Notes: generated by a model not told the origin, from the letters alone. Positions 1 through 8,589 are shown, numbered from the stretch's first letter. The stretch is 55,600 bases of DNA from Patescibacteria group bacterium (GCA_018825365.1 JAHJEV010000001.1:1-55600); one strand, 5' to 3'. A program made the numbers and translations.

Positions 1-195
1 AAAAGGATTGGCTCGAACCGCGTTTTGCTTTCGCAAAAGGTGGCGATTGAACCTAAAAAATCTTGGCAAATACTATACAATCTGCCTGCCGAGGCGCGAA
101 GCGCCGAGGCAACAAACTCGCAACATACAATTTGGCTCCGAACGCTGAACGAAATCCGAACTTTTTTTAGCGAAAATCCTGACGCTGACTTCTGA
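1..195 (+). CDS. 3' end of a probable large serine recombinase/integrase (partial, runs off window)
   Basis: Open frame 1 reads KRIGSNRVLLSQKVAIEPKKSWQIL...TIWLRTLNEIRTFFSENPDADF*. The IGSN and W-L-x(5)-IRT-F motifs resemble C-termini of CPR recombinase-family proteins; the catalytic domain is not in the window. Confidence 0.5.
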   Translation, partial: KRIGSNRVLLSQKVAIEPKKSWQILYNLPAEARSAEATNSQHTIWLRTLNEIRTFFSENPDADF

Positions 196-263
196 CTGCC
201 AGCCCGCCTCTGGCGGTCTGGCAGAAATCCGCTTCGCGGATTCCCACCCACGGCAAAAAATTT
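133..263. repeat. Left copy of a perfect 131-bp inverted repeat (partner 2858-2988)
   Basis: Base-by-base reverse complement of 2858-2988. It begins at the TGG codon of the recombinase-like ORF and contains hairpins CTGCCAG..CTGGCAG and AATCCGC-TTC-GCGGATT. Confidence 0.97.
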
Positions 264-301
264 GCCTATTTGTCCAATTCTAGTTATACGATTTCGTTCT
301 T

Positions 302-1624
302 TCAAGGTTTGATGGCTGTAAATTTAATACTTACCACTTTGCCTTGGACAACTTTAAGATCTTTTGGATCAGGAGAAGGAACAAATTCTGTTCCGGGACA
401 AGTGGACATAGCGAATAATTCCCCTGGAGTAAGAAAGTGACGTTTCACCACCTTAATTTGACCAAAACCAGCTTTCTCTACTATCTCAAGATAATCTTTT
501 TCAGCAATCGCTCCTCCTACCACCCCAGCCCAGATTGACTGAAAACGTTCTGTTATTTCAGGGTCTATCTTTTCTGAAAAGACCATATCTGAAATAGCCA
601 ATCTGCCACCAGGTTTTAAAATCCGAAAAGCTTCTCTATAGGCAGCCTCTTTGTTTGGGGTCAGAATAATCACACAGTTAGATATAACCACATCAGCAAA
701 ACTATCAGGAAGCTCTAATTTTTCAATATCACTAACCTGCTCTTCAACCCTTGCCGCTGGGAAACCAGCCTCAGCTTCTGACTGCCTTTCTTTCTCAATC
801 ATCTGAGGGGTTAAATCTACCCCAATTACTCTTCCTTTAGGCCCAACTTTATGAGCGGCTAAAATTAGATCAATACCTGCTCCACAACCAAAATCAATTA
901 CTACTTCCCCGGATTTGAGATTGGCAAAACTAACTGGGTTACCACAACCTAAAGCAAGATTAAGAGCAGTTTTTGGAAGCAAAGAAAGTTCTTTCTCACT
1001 ATAAAGCTCTTTAACTTGCTTCTTTCTGATTGGGCAGGGATTTCCCAAAAGAGCATACTTTTCAGCGAAATTTCCGTAACGACTGGCAACAAGGTTTTTG
1101 ATTTCCTCATTTGTCATCTGTTGCTCTTTTGGTTTTACCTTAAAGATTTGCTCAGCCCACAAGAATTTACCAAAACCTACAAGAATTGCACTCTGGCAAT
1201 AAGCTTCAGCATCCTTAATCGCCATGCCATGGCCAAGCGACCAATCACAACATCTTTGATAAACCTCAGCCGCTTCTTTTTTGACTAAATTCCAGTGCTC
1301 CTCAATTTCTTTTTGGGGTATATTGTATTTCTGGGCTAATTTCTCAAATTCAATCTCGAATTTTTTCATCAGAGCTTGAAGCTCTCCTTCCTCGCCTTCT
1401 TCCTTAACTTTTGCCTTGAAACCTGCCTCTTCAACCACTTTAATTAGCTGCTCATCAGTCACCTCCTCAGCCTCTATCTCAATCTCAGCTATACCCCTCT
1501 TTGGACAGCATATAGGGACCCGCTTTACCCCTTTAACCTTTAACAAAGCCTCTTTTACTTCCTCAGTACAGCAAGGGGTATTCATCCCCTCAATTTTTAA
1601 TGTGAGTTCACGAGATTTTTCCAT
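302..1624 (-). CDS. arsM: Arsenite S-adenosylmethionine methyltransferase with N-terminal HMA-like domain
   Basis: ArsM motifs LGCGNP, DFGCGAGID, IGVD, SNCVI and LKPGGRLAISD. The N-terminal ~75 aa (LKIEGMNTPCC...VEEAGF) is HMA-like. Confidence 0.85.
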   Translation of the reverse strand: MEKSRELTLKIEGMNTPCCTEEVKEALLKVKGVKRVPICCPKRGIAEIEIEAEEVTDEQLIKVVEEAGFKAKVKEEGEEGELQALMKKFEIEFEKLAQKYNIPQKEIEEHWNLVKKEAAEVYQRCCDWSLGHGMAIKDAEAYCQSAILVGFGKFLWAEQIFKVKPKEQQMTNEEIKNLVASRYGNFAEKYALLGNPCPIRKKQVKELYSEKELSLLPKTALNLALGCGNPVSFANLKSGEVVIDFGCGAGIDLILAAHKVGPKGRVIGVDLTPQMIEKERQSEAEAGFPAARVEEQVSDIEKLELPDSFADVVISNCVIILTPNKEAAYREAFRILKPGGRLAISDMVFSEKIDPEITERFQSIWAGVVGGAIAEKDYLEIVEKAGFGQIKVVKRHFLTPGELFAMSTCPGTEFVPSPDPKDLKVVQGKVVSIKFTAIKP

Positions 1625-1633
1625 TTTATTATT

Positions 1634-1720
1634 CTCCTTTTAAATTTAATGTTAAATACTTCGACCTTTTTAACTTAGGTTTACTTAAATCTTGATTTCC
1701 TGGTATCACTAAAAGTCTTT
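1634..1720. repeat. Degenerate intergenic direct repeat, copy 1 (copy 2 at 1886-1962)
   Basis: Both spacers share CTCCTTTTAAAT, TCGACCTTTT..AGTT..CTTAAATC and CTAAAAGTCTTT in the same order. Confidence 0.75.
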
Positions 1721-1874
1721 AATGGCAACAGGGTTTTTTAGATGTTTTCTTTCCTTCCGGCTCCTTATAAGTGCAATATGGGATTTTGCTACTCGTATTT
1801 AAAAATGCACATCCCTGACAATCTTTAGGGAAATTAATTTCTTGATTTCTTCTTTTACAAATTTTTTTGGCCAT
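1719..1874 (-). CDS. 51-aa Cys-rich peptide, putative metal(loid)-binding
   Basis: MAKKICKRRNQEINFPKDCQGCAFLNTSSKIPYCTYKEPEGKKTSKKPCCH*, with a strong SD (AAAAGGAGGTG) upstream; not in the ORF track. Confidence 0.65.
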   Translation of the reverse strand: MAKKICKRRNQEINFPKDCQGCAFLNTSSKIPYCTYKEPEGKKTSKKPCCH

Positions 1875-1885
1875 AAATTTCTCAC

Positions 1886-1962
1886 CTCCTTTTAAATTGA
1901 CGATGTCGACCTTTTAATTTAAGTTGTCTTAAATCCTATTTTTGATATTTCTAAAAGTCTTT
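1886..1962. repeat. Degenerate intergenic direct repeat, copy 2
   Basis: See copy 1 at 1634-1720. Confidence 0.75.
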
Positions 1963-2709
1963 TTGACTAATTATTGATTCCCAGAGAATCTTAGCATCAG
2001 GCTCAAGACTAATTATTTCAACATTCCAGATATCAGCTATTTTTGGTATTTCATCAGCTGGCAATTCTGCGGAGATTTCCTTTTTACTGAAATCAGAACC
2101 TTTAACTTTACCAATTTTAGAAATGCTATCTAATATCTCTGCGAATTCACCTTTTGTGCAGCACTCTAACATTATTACTTTGATGCTCATCATCTCTTTG
2201 CCGGTTATTAAATGCTTCTCCCCCTCTAGTTTGATTTCTTTCCCAATGTTTCCTTTCAAGAAATTAACTATACTCACTAGTTCTGTTCCGGCTTTATTAT
2301 TTCTCCATCCTGATATAGTTGATTCTGGGTTAATTGTGCTAGCAAAATTTCTAGATGAGGAGGGAAAAAAATTAGTTACCCCAAAAATAGCTAAACCAAT
2401 ACAGATGATAATACCTGTTGAGATAATTGTCATTTTTTTATATTTCTTTATCAGATCGAAAACTTTACAAACACAGATTATATCTTTACCCTTCAACATA
2501 AAAAAGATGCTCACCCCAGCTATAGCAACTCCTAAGATTATAAGGGGTATCCTATATTGATGCAAAAACACGGCTGCTCCAATGAGACCGAGTGGTATTA
2601 AAAGACCACAACAAATAAATGTAAAGGCAGCTATACTCACTCCAATGATAGCTGAAATTAAAGAGTGCTTTCGATCCCACCCTTTAACAGAGTTATTTTT
2701 GACTTCCAT
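1951..2709 (-). CDS. Membrane protein with MerT/MerF-like CC transmembrane segment and C-terminal LECC domain
   Basis: Three hydrophobic segments, FICCG in TM1, CVC and LECCT motifs; first gene of the arsM cassette. Confidence 0.55.
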   Translation of the reverse strand: MEVKNNSVKGWDRKHSLISAIIGVSIAAFTFICCGLLIPLGLIGAAVFLHQYRIPLIILGVAIAGVSIFFMLKGKDIICVCKVFDLIKKYKKMTIISTGIIICIGLAIFGVTNFFPSSSRNFASTINPESTISGWRNNKAGTELVSIVNFLKGNIGKEIKLEGEKHLITGKEMMSIKVIMLECCTKGEFAEILDSISKIGKVKGSDFSKKEISAELPADEIPKIADIWNVEIISLEPDAKILWESIISQKDF

Positions 2710-2750
2710 ATAATTTTAATTACTTGTGGTTAAATCTCAAATTTATTGTT

Positions 2751-2779
2751 AGTTTAACATTTTCTTTCTATCTCCGCAA
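2751..2779 (-). promoter_or_regulatory. Sigma70-type promoter of the arsenic cassette
   Basis: Minus strand TTGCGG-17 nt-TAAACT with extended -10 TG. Confidence 0.55.
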
Positions 2780-2857
2780 ATGATTTTTAGTGGTGGCCAG
2801 GGACTAGTGGAGGATATAAAAAGGCGGTGGCTTTTTGTTCTTTCGGAGAGACCGGCA

Positions 2858-2988
2858 AAATTTTTTGCCGTGGGTGGGAATCCGCGAAGCGGATTTCTGC
2901 CAGACCGCCAGAGGCGGGCTGGCAGTCAGAAGTCAGCGTCAGGATTTTCGCTAAAAAAAGTTCGGATTTCGTTCAGCGTTCGGAGCCA
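2858..2988. repeat. Right copy of the perfect 131-bp inverted repeat (partner 133-263)
   Basis: Exact reverse complement of 133-263. Confidence 0.97.
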
Positions 2989-3013
2989 GGAAACGGACAA
3001 TCTGTAAATGCAA

Positions 3014-3041
3014 TTGACAAATTGTCCGAATATGCTATATT
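3014..3041 (+). promoter_or_regulatory. Sigma70 promoter (leaderless transcript)
   Basis: TTGACA-16 nt-TATATT with TGn extension, 7 nt upstream of ATG 3049. Confidence 0.65.
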
Positions 3042-3048
3042 TGCTTTA

Positions 3049-4209
3049 ATGATAGCAAGAACAGCCCGCCCAAGGTTATTGGAAATGATATCAAAATATC
3101 CTGTTTTGGGTGTTTTGGGACCAAGACAATCCGGTAAAACCACGCTGGTAAGAAACGCCTTTCCTGATTTCACATATATCTCTTTGGAGACTCCTGACAA
3201 TAAGGAATATGCCACAAAAGATCCACGAGGATTTTTGGATAGATATAAATCCCCAGCTATATTTGACGAGGTTCAAAATGTTCCAGAATTGTTTTCATAC
3301 ATACAAGAAAGGGTTGATGCGGGAGGCGAAAGCGGACAGTACATATTAACGGGATCACAAAACTTTATTTTAAACGAAAAAATATCACAAACGTTAGCGG
3401 GTAGGATTTATCTTATCAACCTGCCAACTTTTACTCAAGAGGAACTAAAAGATGAAACAGTAGATGAAGATTGGAAAAAATACGCTCTTAAGGGAACATA
3501 TCCTAGAATATGGGATAAAAGACTAACACCTGAAGAATGGTATCCAAGCTACATTCAAACATATCTGGAAAGAGACGTTAGAAATATAAAAAACATACCT
3601 GATTTAAGAGATTTTCAAACTTTTCTAAAGCTTTGCGCGGGGAGAATTGGCCAAACTACAATACTAAGCTCTTTAGCAAATGAGATAGGTGTTTCCCACA
3701 ACACTATAAAATCGTGGATATCGGTTTTAGAGGCCAGTTATTTGATTTTTCTTTTAAAGCCTTATTATAAGAATTTCAACAAAAGACTTACGAAATCACC
3801 TAAGCTGTATTTCTTTGATACAGGACTTGCCGTAAACCTTCTCAATATTACAAATCCCAACCAAATAGAAACACATCCACTAAAGGGTAATATATTTGAA
3901 AACCTAGTCATTTCAGAAATCGCGAAATCGACTATTAATAAAGGTAAATCAGACTTGGGATACTTTATTAGAGATAAAACAGGCAATGAGGTTGATTATG
4001 TTTCGGAAAAGGGCGGGTTCCTATCTCTTGTAGAAATAAAAGCGTCCAAAACACTTAATACGGACCATCTTAAAGGTATTGAATACTGGGAAAATGTGAT
4101 TAGGGAAAGTAGAAGAGACAGCTTTCTTGTTTATGCGGGGAATGAAGAAAAAACATTTAAAAGCACCAAGTTTATTAGATGGAATAACATAAGCCAAATT
4201 ATAACTTAA
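3049..4209 (+). CDS. AAA+ ATPase with DUF4143 (PD-(D/E)xK) domain
   Basis: Walker A GPRQSGKTT, FDEVQ, LTGSQ, LAGR, KLYFFDTGL and EVDYV...EIK. Start moved from 2827 to ATG 3049, because the extension is the inverted repeat. Confidence 0.9.
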   Translation: MIARTARPRLLEMISKYPVLGVLGPRQSGKTTLVRNAFPDFTYISLETPDNKEYATKDPRGFLDRYKSPAIFDEVQNVPELFSYIQERVDAGGESGQYILTGSQNFILNEKISQTLAGRIYLINLPTFTQEELKDETVDEDWKKYALKGTYPRIWDKRLTPEEWYPSYIQTYLERDVRNIKNIPDLRDFQTFLKLCAGRIGQTTILSSLANEIGVSHNTIKSWISVLEASYLIFLLKPYYKNFNKRLTKSPKLYFFDTGLAVNLLNITNPNQIETHPLKGNIFENLVISEIAKSTINKGKSDLGYFIRDKTGNEVDYVSEKGGFLSLVEIKASKTLNTDHLKGIEYWENVIRESRRDSFLVYAGNEEKTFKSTKFIRWNNISQIIT

Positions 4210-4286
4210 AACCACACAGTATCTTAATTTGTTCTAATGAAATCTCAATTTCCCTGTTACAGAGCATGTCAACCAAGAGGAGCCAA

Positions 4287-4928
4287 TTAAAGATTTTGAA
4301 GTCTGTTTTCCGATAATTGTGAAATTTCCCGTATAAAAAACTGCTTTATTTCTTCCCACTCTTTTTCTATCTCGACAGATCGTTCGGACAAATTTTCTGC
4401 ATCATCAAAGTACACTAATGACCTCAAGATATGGGGCGTAAAACTCCCCTGTCGAGCATATTTTTTATCGTTTAGATCAATCATATACTCAAGAGGCCAA
4501 CCTCTATCTTTAGCTATTTTGTATACATCAAAAAAATCCCTTTTTAACCCTCTCCCTGCTATCGCTTCTAGTTTCATAGCTGCGATATCTTCAACAGACG
4601 CAATATTAAAGCTTAAAAACTCTGTTGCCTCTTTTAAAAGTTTGTATTGATAGTAAAACAGACTTATCCCAGTATCTTTTGATTTTCCATGCAAAGTTTG
4701 CCACGAAGTAGAAATAAGTTGGAAATCAGGAATCTCACTACCAAATTTTTGCTTCATTTCATCAAGATCAAACTCTACAGGCGAATAAATATCTAAATCA
4801 TAAGAATTTCTATGATTTATCCATAGTGCAAGGGCTGTACCCCCAGCCAAATAACTCTTGGGAGGCGTAACTTTATTTAATATACCCAAGATGTTTTTGG
4901 CGTTTTCTGTAAGTCTTTGTTCAAACAT
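4287..4928 (-). CDS. AbiEii/AbiGii-family nucleotidyltransferase toxin
   Basis: YLAGGTALAL, HRNSYDLDI, IAAMKLEAIAGRGLKRDFFD. Confidence 0.88.
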   Translation of the reverse strand: MFEQRLTENAKNILGILNKVTPPKSYLAGGTALALWINHRNSYDLDIYSPVEFDLDEMKQKFGSEIPDFQLISTSWQTLHGKSKDTGISLFYYQYKLLKEATEFLSFNIASVEDIAAMKLEAIAGRGLKRDFFDVYKIAKDRGWPLEYMIDLNDKKYARQGSFTPHILRSLVYFDDAENLSERSVEIEKEWEEIKQFFIREISQLSENRLQNL

Positions 4929-5179
4929 AATATTTCACTTTGAGGGACATGTAAAAAAAGGCCCCAAAAATATACATCTTTTGGTGTTAGCAATCTAGAA
5001 GTTTTGAGAACTGCAGAAACATCTTCATTTGAATATGTTTCTAGCATCCATTTCCAGCCATCCAATGTTGAGTTTTTCAAGAGAGTTTGAATGATATAGT
5101 TTTTATCCCCTTGGATGTCTAGGTTTTGTATATTTGAGCTTGGAAATAAAGGTTGGAATTTAGAAGGCACTACATTCAT
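4877..5179 (-). CDS. DUF6922-like partner (putative antitoxin) of the AbiEii toxin
   Basis: YIIQTLL...WKWMLETY...SRLL...FW pattern; overlaps the toxin start; TATAAT 6 nt upstream of ATG. Confidence 0.65.
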   Translation of the reverse strand: MNVVPSKFQPLFPSSNIQNLDIQGDKNYIIQTLLKNSTLDGWKWMLETYSNEDVSAVLKTSRLLTPKDVYFWGLFLHVPQSEILCLNKDLQKTPKTSWVY

Positions 5180-5330
5180 AACGCTATTATACTAAAAACT
5201 AAGGGTAGCTTCTACATAAAACATTTTCGAACCTCCAAAGCAATAGAGAGTCAACATACCTATAGGTTGCTATTTTGGGATTACCCTGATTTAATCCCCG
5301 GTAATACACCAAAACGGTGAAAGGAGAAAA

Positions 5331-5546
5331 ATGAACAAAAATAGATCAGATATGTTGTATTGTTTTTTGGTCCTTACCATCACGATTTTCATACTAGTGA
5401 TCCTCGTGGTACCGGAAATCCTGGAGACACCGGGCCTCCTTAGTTATATCGATGGGATGGTCGCCAATACAAATGTTGCGTGGGTACAAGGGATTGTGTG
5501 CACAATCCTCCTTGTTTTTCTCTTTTTTCGAGGATTCACATATTGA
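5331..5546 (+). CDS. Small hypothetical membrane protein
   Basis: Two hydrophobic segments; AAGGAG SD at 5321. Confidence 0.55.
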   Translation: MNKNRSDMLYCFLVLTITIFILVILVVPEILETPGLLSYIDGMVANTNVAWVQGIVCTILLVFLFFRGFTY

Positions 5547-5605
5547 CCTTCCCACTAAACTTGTCAAAATAAACGCAAGGAGCTCTTTCTAGAAAAGGAG
5601 AAGCG

Positions 5606-5827
5606 ATGGATACTACTATTGTTGTGAAGTTACCAAGAAAGTCCCCCTTTACCCAGTACATCACACAGCTCTGCCAAGAAAATTTTGGAAGTGCGTCCTG
5701 GAATAATGGGAGAGGCAGGCGTTTCGGAACTCTTAAGTGCGAGTTTAGAAACGTAAGAAACGTTGCAGACTTCGTACTGGAACTGATGCAATGTGGTTTC
5801 ACCATCAATGTCGAAGCGTATCTTTAA
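5606..5827 (+). CDS. Small hypothetical protein
   Basis: AAGGAG SD at 5595; followed by a terminator. Confidence 0.55.
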   Translation: MDTTIVVKLPRKSPFTQYITQLCQENFGSASWNNGRGRRFGTLKCEFRNVRNVADFVLELMQCGFTINVEAYL

Positions 5828-5853
5828 TCACCAATCGTCAATTGTTTTACCAA

Positions 5854-5887
5854 AAGCTCCATGTGAAAAACCTGGAGCTTGTTTTTT
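5854..5887 (+). terminator. Intrinsic terminator
   Basis: AAGCTCC/GGAGCTT stem followed by a T-run. Confidence 0.65.
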
Positions 5888-5982
5888 CTCTCACAAAACT
5901 AAACACTTCAACCAAACTCAGAATAAAACTTGGCTCCCAAATCTCGAAATCACACCACTTCTAAACAACGGGTATATCGCAT

Positions 5983-8589
5983 ATGTTTAGTTTTTGGTAT
6001 TCTTTTAAATGTATGCCCTACTCGTTTAAACTGCCTCACAAATTCCTTGTGTGGTGGGCCGTAAAATCCCCAATAAAAACTTTTAGTATAGCCAGAACCA
6101 TCCTTGCCGTAGCTAACAACGAAATGTCGTTTTTGATGAATATCCAGCTTATTTTTGTACCTTTATATGGAAACAGGTCTATCGTGGGAAGAGCTATGAG
6201 TTTTATAGCCCGCATTTTCATGATCTTTTTTGGATTTTTGTTCATGACCGCTCTTTTAGTTTTAGTAATAGCAACCCCGATTGTATGGCTGATTATTCCC
6301 TCAGCTATATGTTATTTTGTCTCCGTTGAAGTAGCACTTGTACTTGTCGTTGGAATGTATGTTTGCTGGGGCATATCTAACCTTGATATACCTGACAAAA
6401 AGCTAAAACAGCTAAAAGACACAAACTATAAAAAATGCTTCCGCCCGGTAGCACTCTACTTTTTAAATTTAGTAATAAAACACCAGAAAGCAGCATTAAG
6501 AAAAATATTAAACAAAAAAGAAATAGTCTATCTATTGCAAAAGTCCGAACTTAATACTAAAGAATTGAAAGATAAGCTGTGTTTAGCAACTAAAATAAAA
6601 TGTGACAACCTTGAAAAGAAAGCTTTTGATTTAGCCAAGGAAAATAAATCACGCTACGTTGAAATTGAGCACCTTTTTACGGCAATTATTCAAAATATAC
6701 CGGCTACTGAAACCGTACTTTCCGCATACAACTCAAGGTCTGAAGTTATAAAACAAGCGGCGCTATGGATAGTTGAGGAGCGTGAGTATCTGGCTAAAGT
6801 TTACGTCTGGCAGGACGATTATGAGATGTCGCCTCTTGGGGGGATAAGCAAAGGAATGCTAGGCCGGGTAACTCCGATGCTAGACTCCATGTCACAGGAT
6901 TTCACAAAAGAAGTTCAAAAAGGCCGGGTTGATAGAATAATCGGTCGGGAAGAGGAGATTAAAAAAATATCAGAAATGCTTAGTGGGAGCAAGGGAAATA
7001 TCCTGATCATAGGCGAACCGGGTTGCGGAAAAACTTCAATACTTAAAGGAATAGCATACAAAATAATTTGCGGAACTGAATACAAAACTTTAAATAACAA
7101 GCGAATTATAAGTTTGGATGTGGGTTCCCTTCTTTCAGGAGCCAAATCCCCTGGTGAAATTGCCGGTAAATTGACAAGTGTAATGGAAGATGCAGAGGGC
7201 TCCGGAGATATAATTCTATTTTTGGATGAAATTCAAAACCTTGTGACCGGCCTTGGTGAGGCGGGAGGAGAGTCTTCAATTGTATTTTCCATGCTGGAAA
7301 AACATCTCACTGACGACAGAATTAGGTTTATTGGCGCCACATCAATATCAAACTATAGAAAATATATTGAACCAAACGAAACAATAGCAAGACTTTTTCA
7401 GACTGTTCAGATAAACCAGGCATCCAAGGAAGATACTATTTTAATTCTCAAATATGTAGCGAGAAAATATGAAAAAAAGTACAGAATAACTATTTCCTAT
7501 CCAGCTATTTCAAAAAGTGTAGAGCTTTCGGAAAAACTTATCCATGAAAGAGTTCTCCCCGACAAGGCAATAGACATACTTAATAGAACAGCCACAACCG
7601 TAAAGGAAGAAACAAAGTATCTAACAGCAGCTGAAGTAGAAAAAGAGGTTGCAGAAATGACTAATATACCTGTTACTTCCATAACCCAAAATGAGGCACA
7701 TAAACTTTTAAACATTGAGGGTGAGATGAAAAAGATGGTAATAGGACAAGATCAGGCTCTTGAAAGAGTTGCTGCTGCATTGCAAAGAGCTAGAACCGGA
7801 ATTAGAGATGAGAAAAAACCAATTGCCAGCTTTTTGTTTGTAGGTACAACAGGTGTTGGAAAAACCCAAACAGCCAAGGCCCTGGCAAAAAATTACTTTG
7901 GCGAGGAAAAAAACATGATAAGACTGGATATGAGTGAGTACCAACAGCTTGATAGCCTAAGCAGACTTATAGGATCTCCAGACGGCTCAACCAGAGGAAT
8001 CCTGACAGATAGTGTTAGAGCAAAACCTTTCGCGCTTCTTCTTATAGACGAGGTGGAAAAAGCCCATTCAAACATTTTGCTTACTTTTCTTCAAGTCCTG
8101 GACGAGGGGCGCTTAACGGACTCTTCCGGAACTCTTGCTGACTTCACAAATACGATAATAATAATGACGAGTAACGTTGGAACAAGATCCATTCAGGAAG
8201 CTTTCACAAGGGGCGCGAGTTACCTTGAAATGTCTGAAACGGCAATGGCTGATGTAAAAAATAAATTCGCCCCGGAATTTCTAAACAGATTTACCGGAAT
8301 AATAGTGTTTAATCCCTTATCTGTGACTAGTATTCAACAAATTGCAAAGTTACAGTTAAACGGAGTTAAGAAAATGGCTTCCGAAAAAGGAATCTCTCTC
8401 ACATTTAAGCCTGAGCTGGTCCAAAAAATTGTTGAGTTGGGATATAGCCCCCAGTGGGGTGCACGACCACTGGCGAGAGTCATTGAAGATTCCGTTCAGT
8501 CTTTTTTGGCGGTAAAGATGCTTGAGAATGAAATCAAAGCGGGAGACGCCGTAAACATCGGGCTTGAGGCCTTTGAAACTCAAAAATGA
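5983..8589 (+). CDS. Clp/Hsp100 two-AAA ATPase with N-terminal transmembrane segments
   Basis: Walker A GEPGCGKT and GTTGVGKT, Walker B FLDE and LIDE, RLDMSEYQ, LPDKAID, PEFLNRF, GARPL; hydrophobic N-terminus. Confidence 0.92.
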   Translation: MFSFWYSFKCMPYSFKLPHKFLVWWAVKSPIKTFSIARTILAVANNEMSFLMNIQLIFVPLYGNRSIVGRAMSFIARIFMIFFGFLFMTALLVLVIATPIVWLIIPSAICYFVSVEVALVLVVGMYVCWGISNLDIPDKKLKQLKDTNYKKCFRPVALYFLNLVIKHQKAALRKILNKKEIVYLLQKSELNTKELKDKLCLATKIKCDNLEKKAFDLAKENKSRYVEIEHLFTAIIQNIPATETVLSAYNSRSEVIKQAALWIVEEREYLAKVYVWQDDYEMSPLGGISKGMLGRVTPMLDSMSQDFTKEVQKGRVDRIIGREEEIKKISEMLSGSKGNILIIGEPGCGKTSILKGIAYKIICGTEYKTLNNKRIISLDVGSLLSGAKSPGEIAGKLTSVMEDAEGSGDIILFLDEIQNLVTGLGEAGGESSIVFSMLEKHLTDDRIRFIGATSISNYRKYIEPNETIARLFQTVQINQASKEDTILILKYVARKYEKKYRITISYPAISKSVELSEKLIHERVLPDKAIDILNRTATTVKEETKYLTAAEVEKEVAEMTNIPVTSITQNEAHKLLNIEGEMKKMVIGQDQALERVAAALQRARTGIRDEKKPIASFLFVGTTGVGKTQTAKALAKNYFGEEKNMIRLDMSEYQQLDSLSRLIGSPDGSTRGILTDSVRAKPFALLLIDEVEKAHSNILLTFLQVLDEGRLTDSSGTLADFTNTIIIMTSNVGTRSIQEAFTRGASYLEMSETAMADVKNKFAPEFLNRFTGIIVFNPLSVTSIQQIAKLQLNGVKKMASEKGISLTFKPELVQKIVELGYSPQWGARPLARVIEDSVQSFLAVKMLENEIKAGDAVNIGLEAFETQK

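Noticed and set aside
2827-3048. N-terminal extension of the DUF4143 ATPase in the ORF track
   Set aside because: It is read-through of the inverted repeat; a good promoter lies just before ATG 3049.
5931-5951. TGGCTCCCAAATCTCGAAATC resembling the IR end or a tRNA 3' end
   Set aside because: Only 7 nt of exact match and a gapped alignment; compatible with chance.
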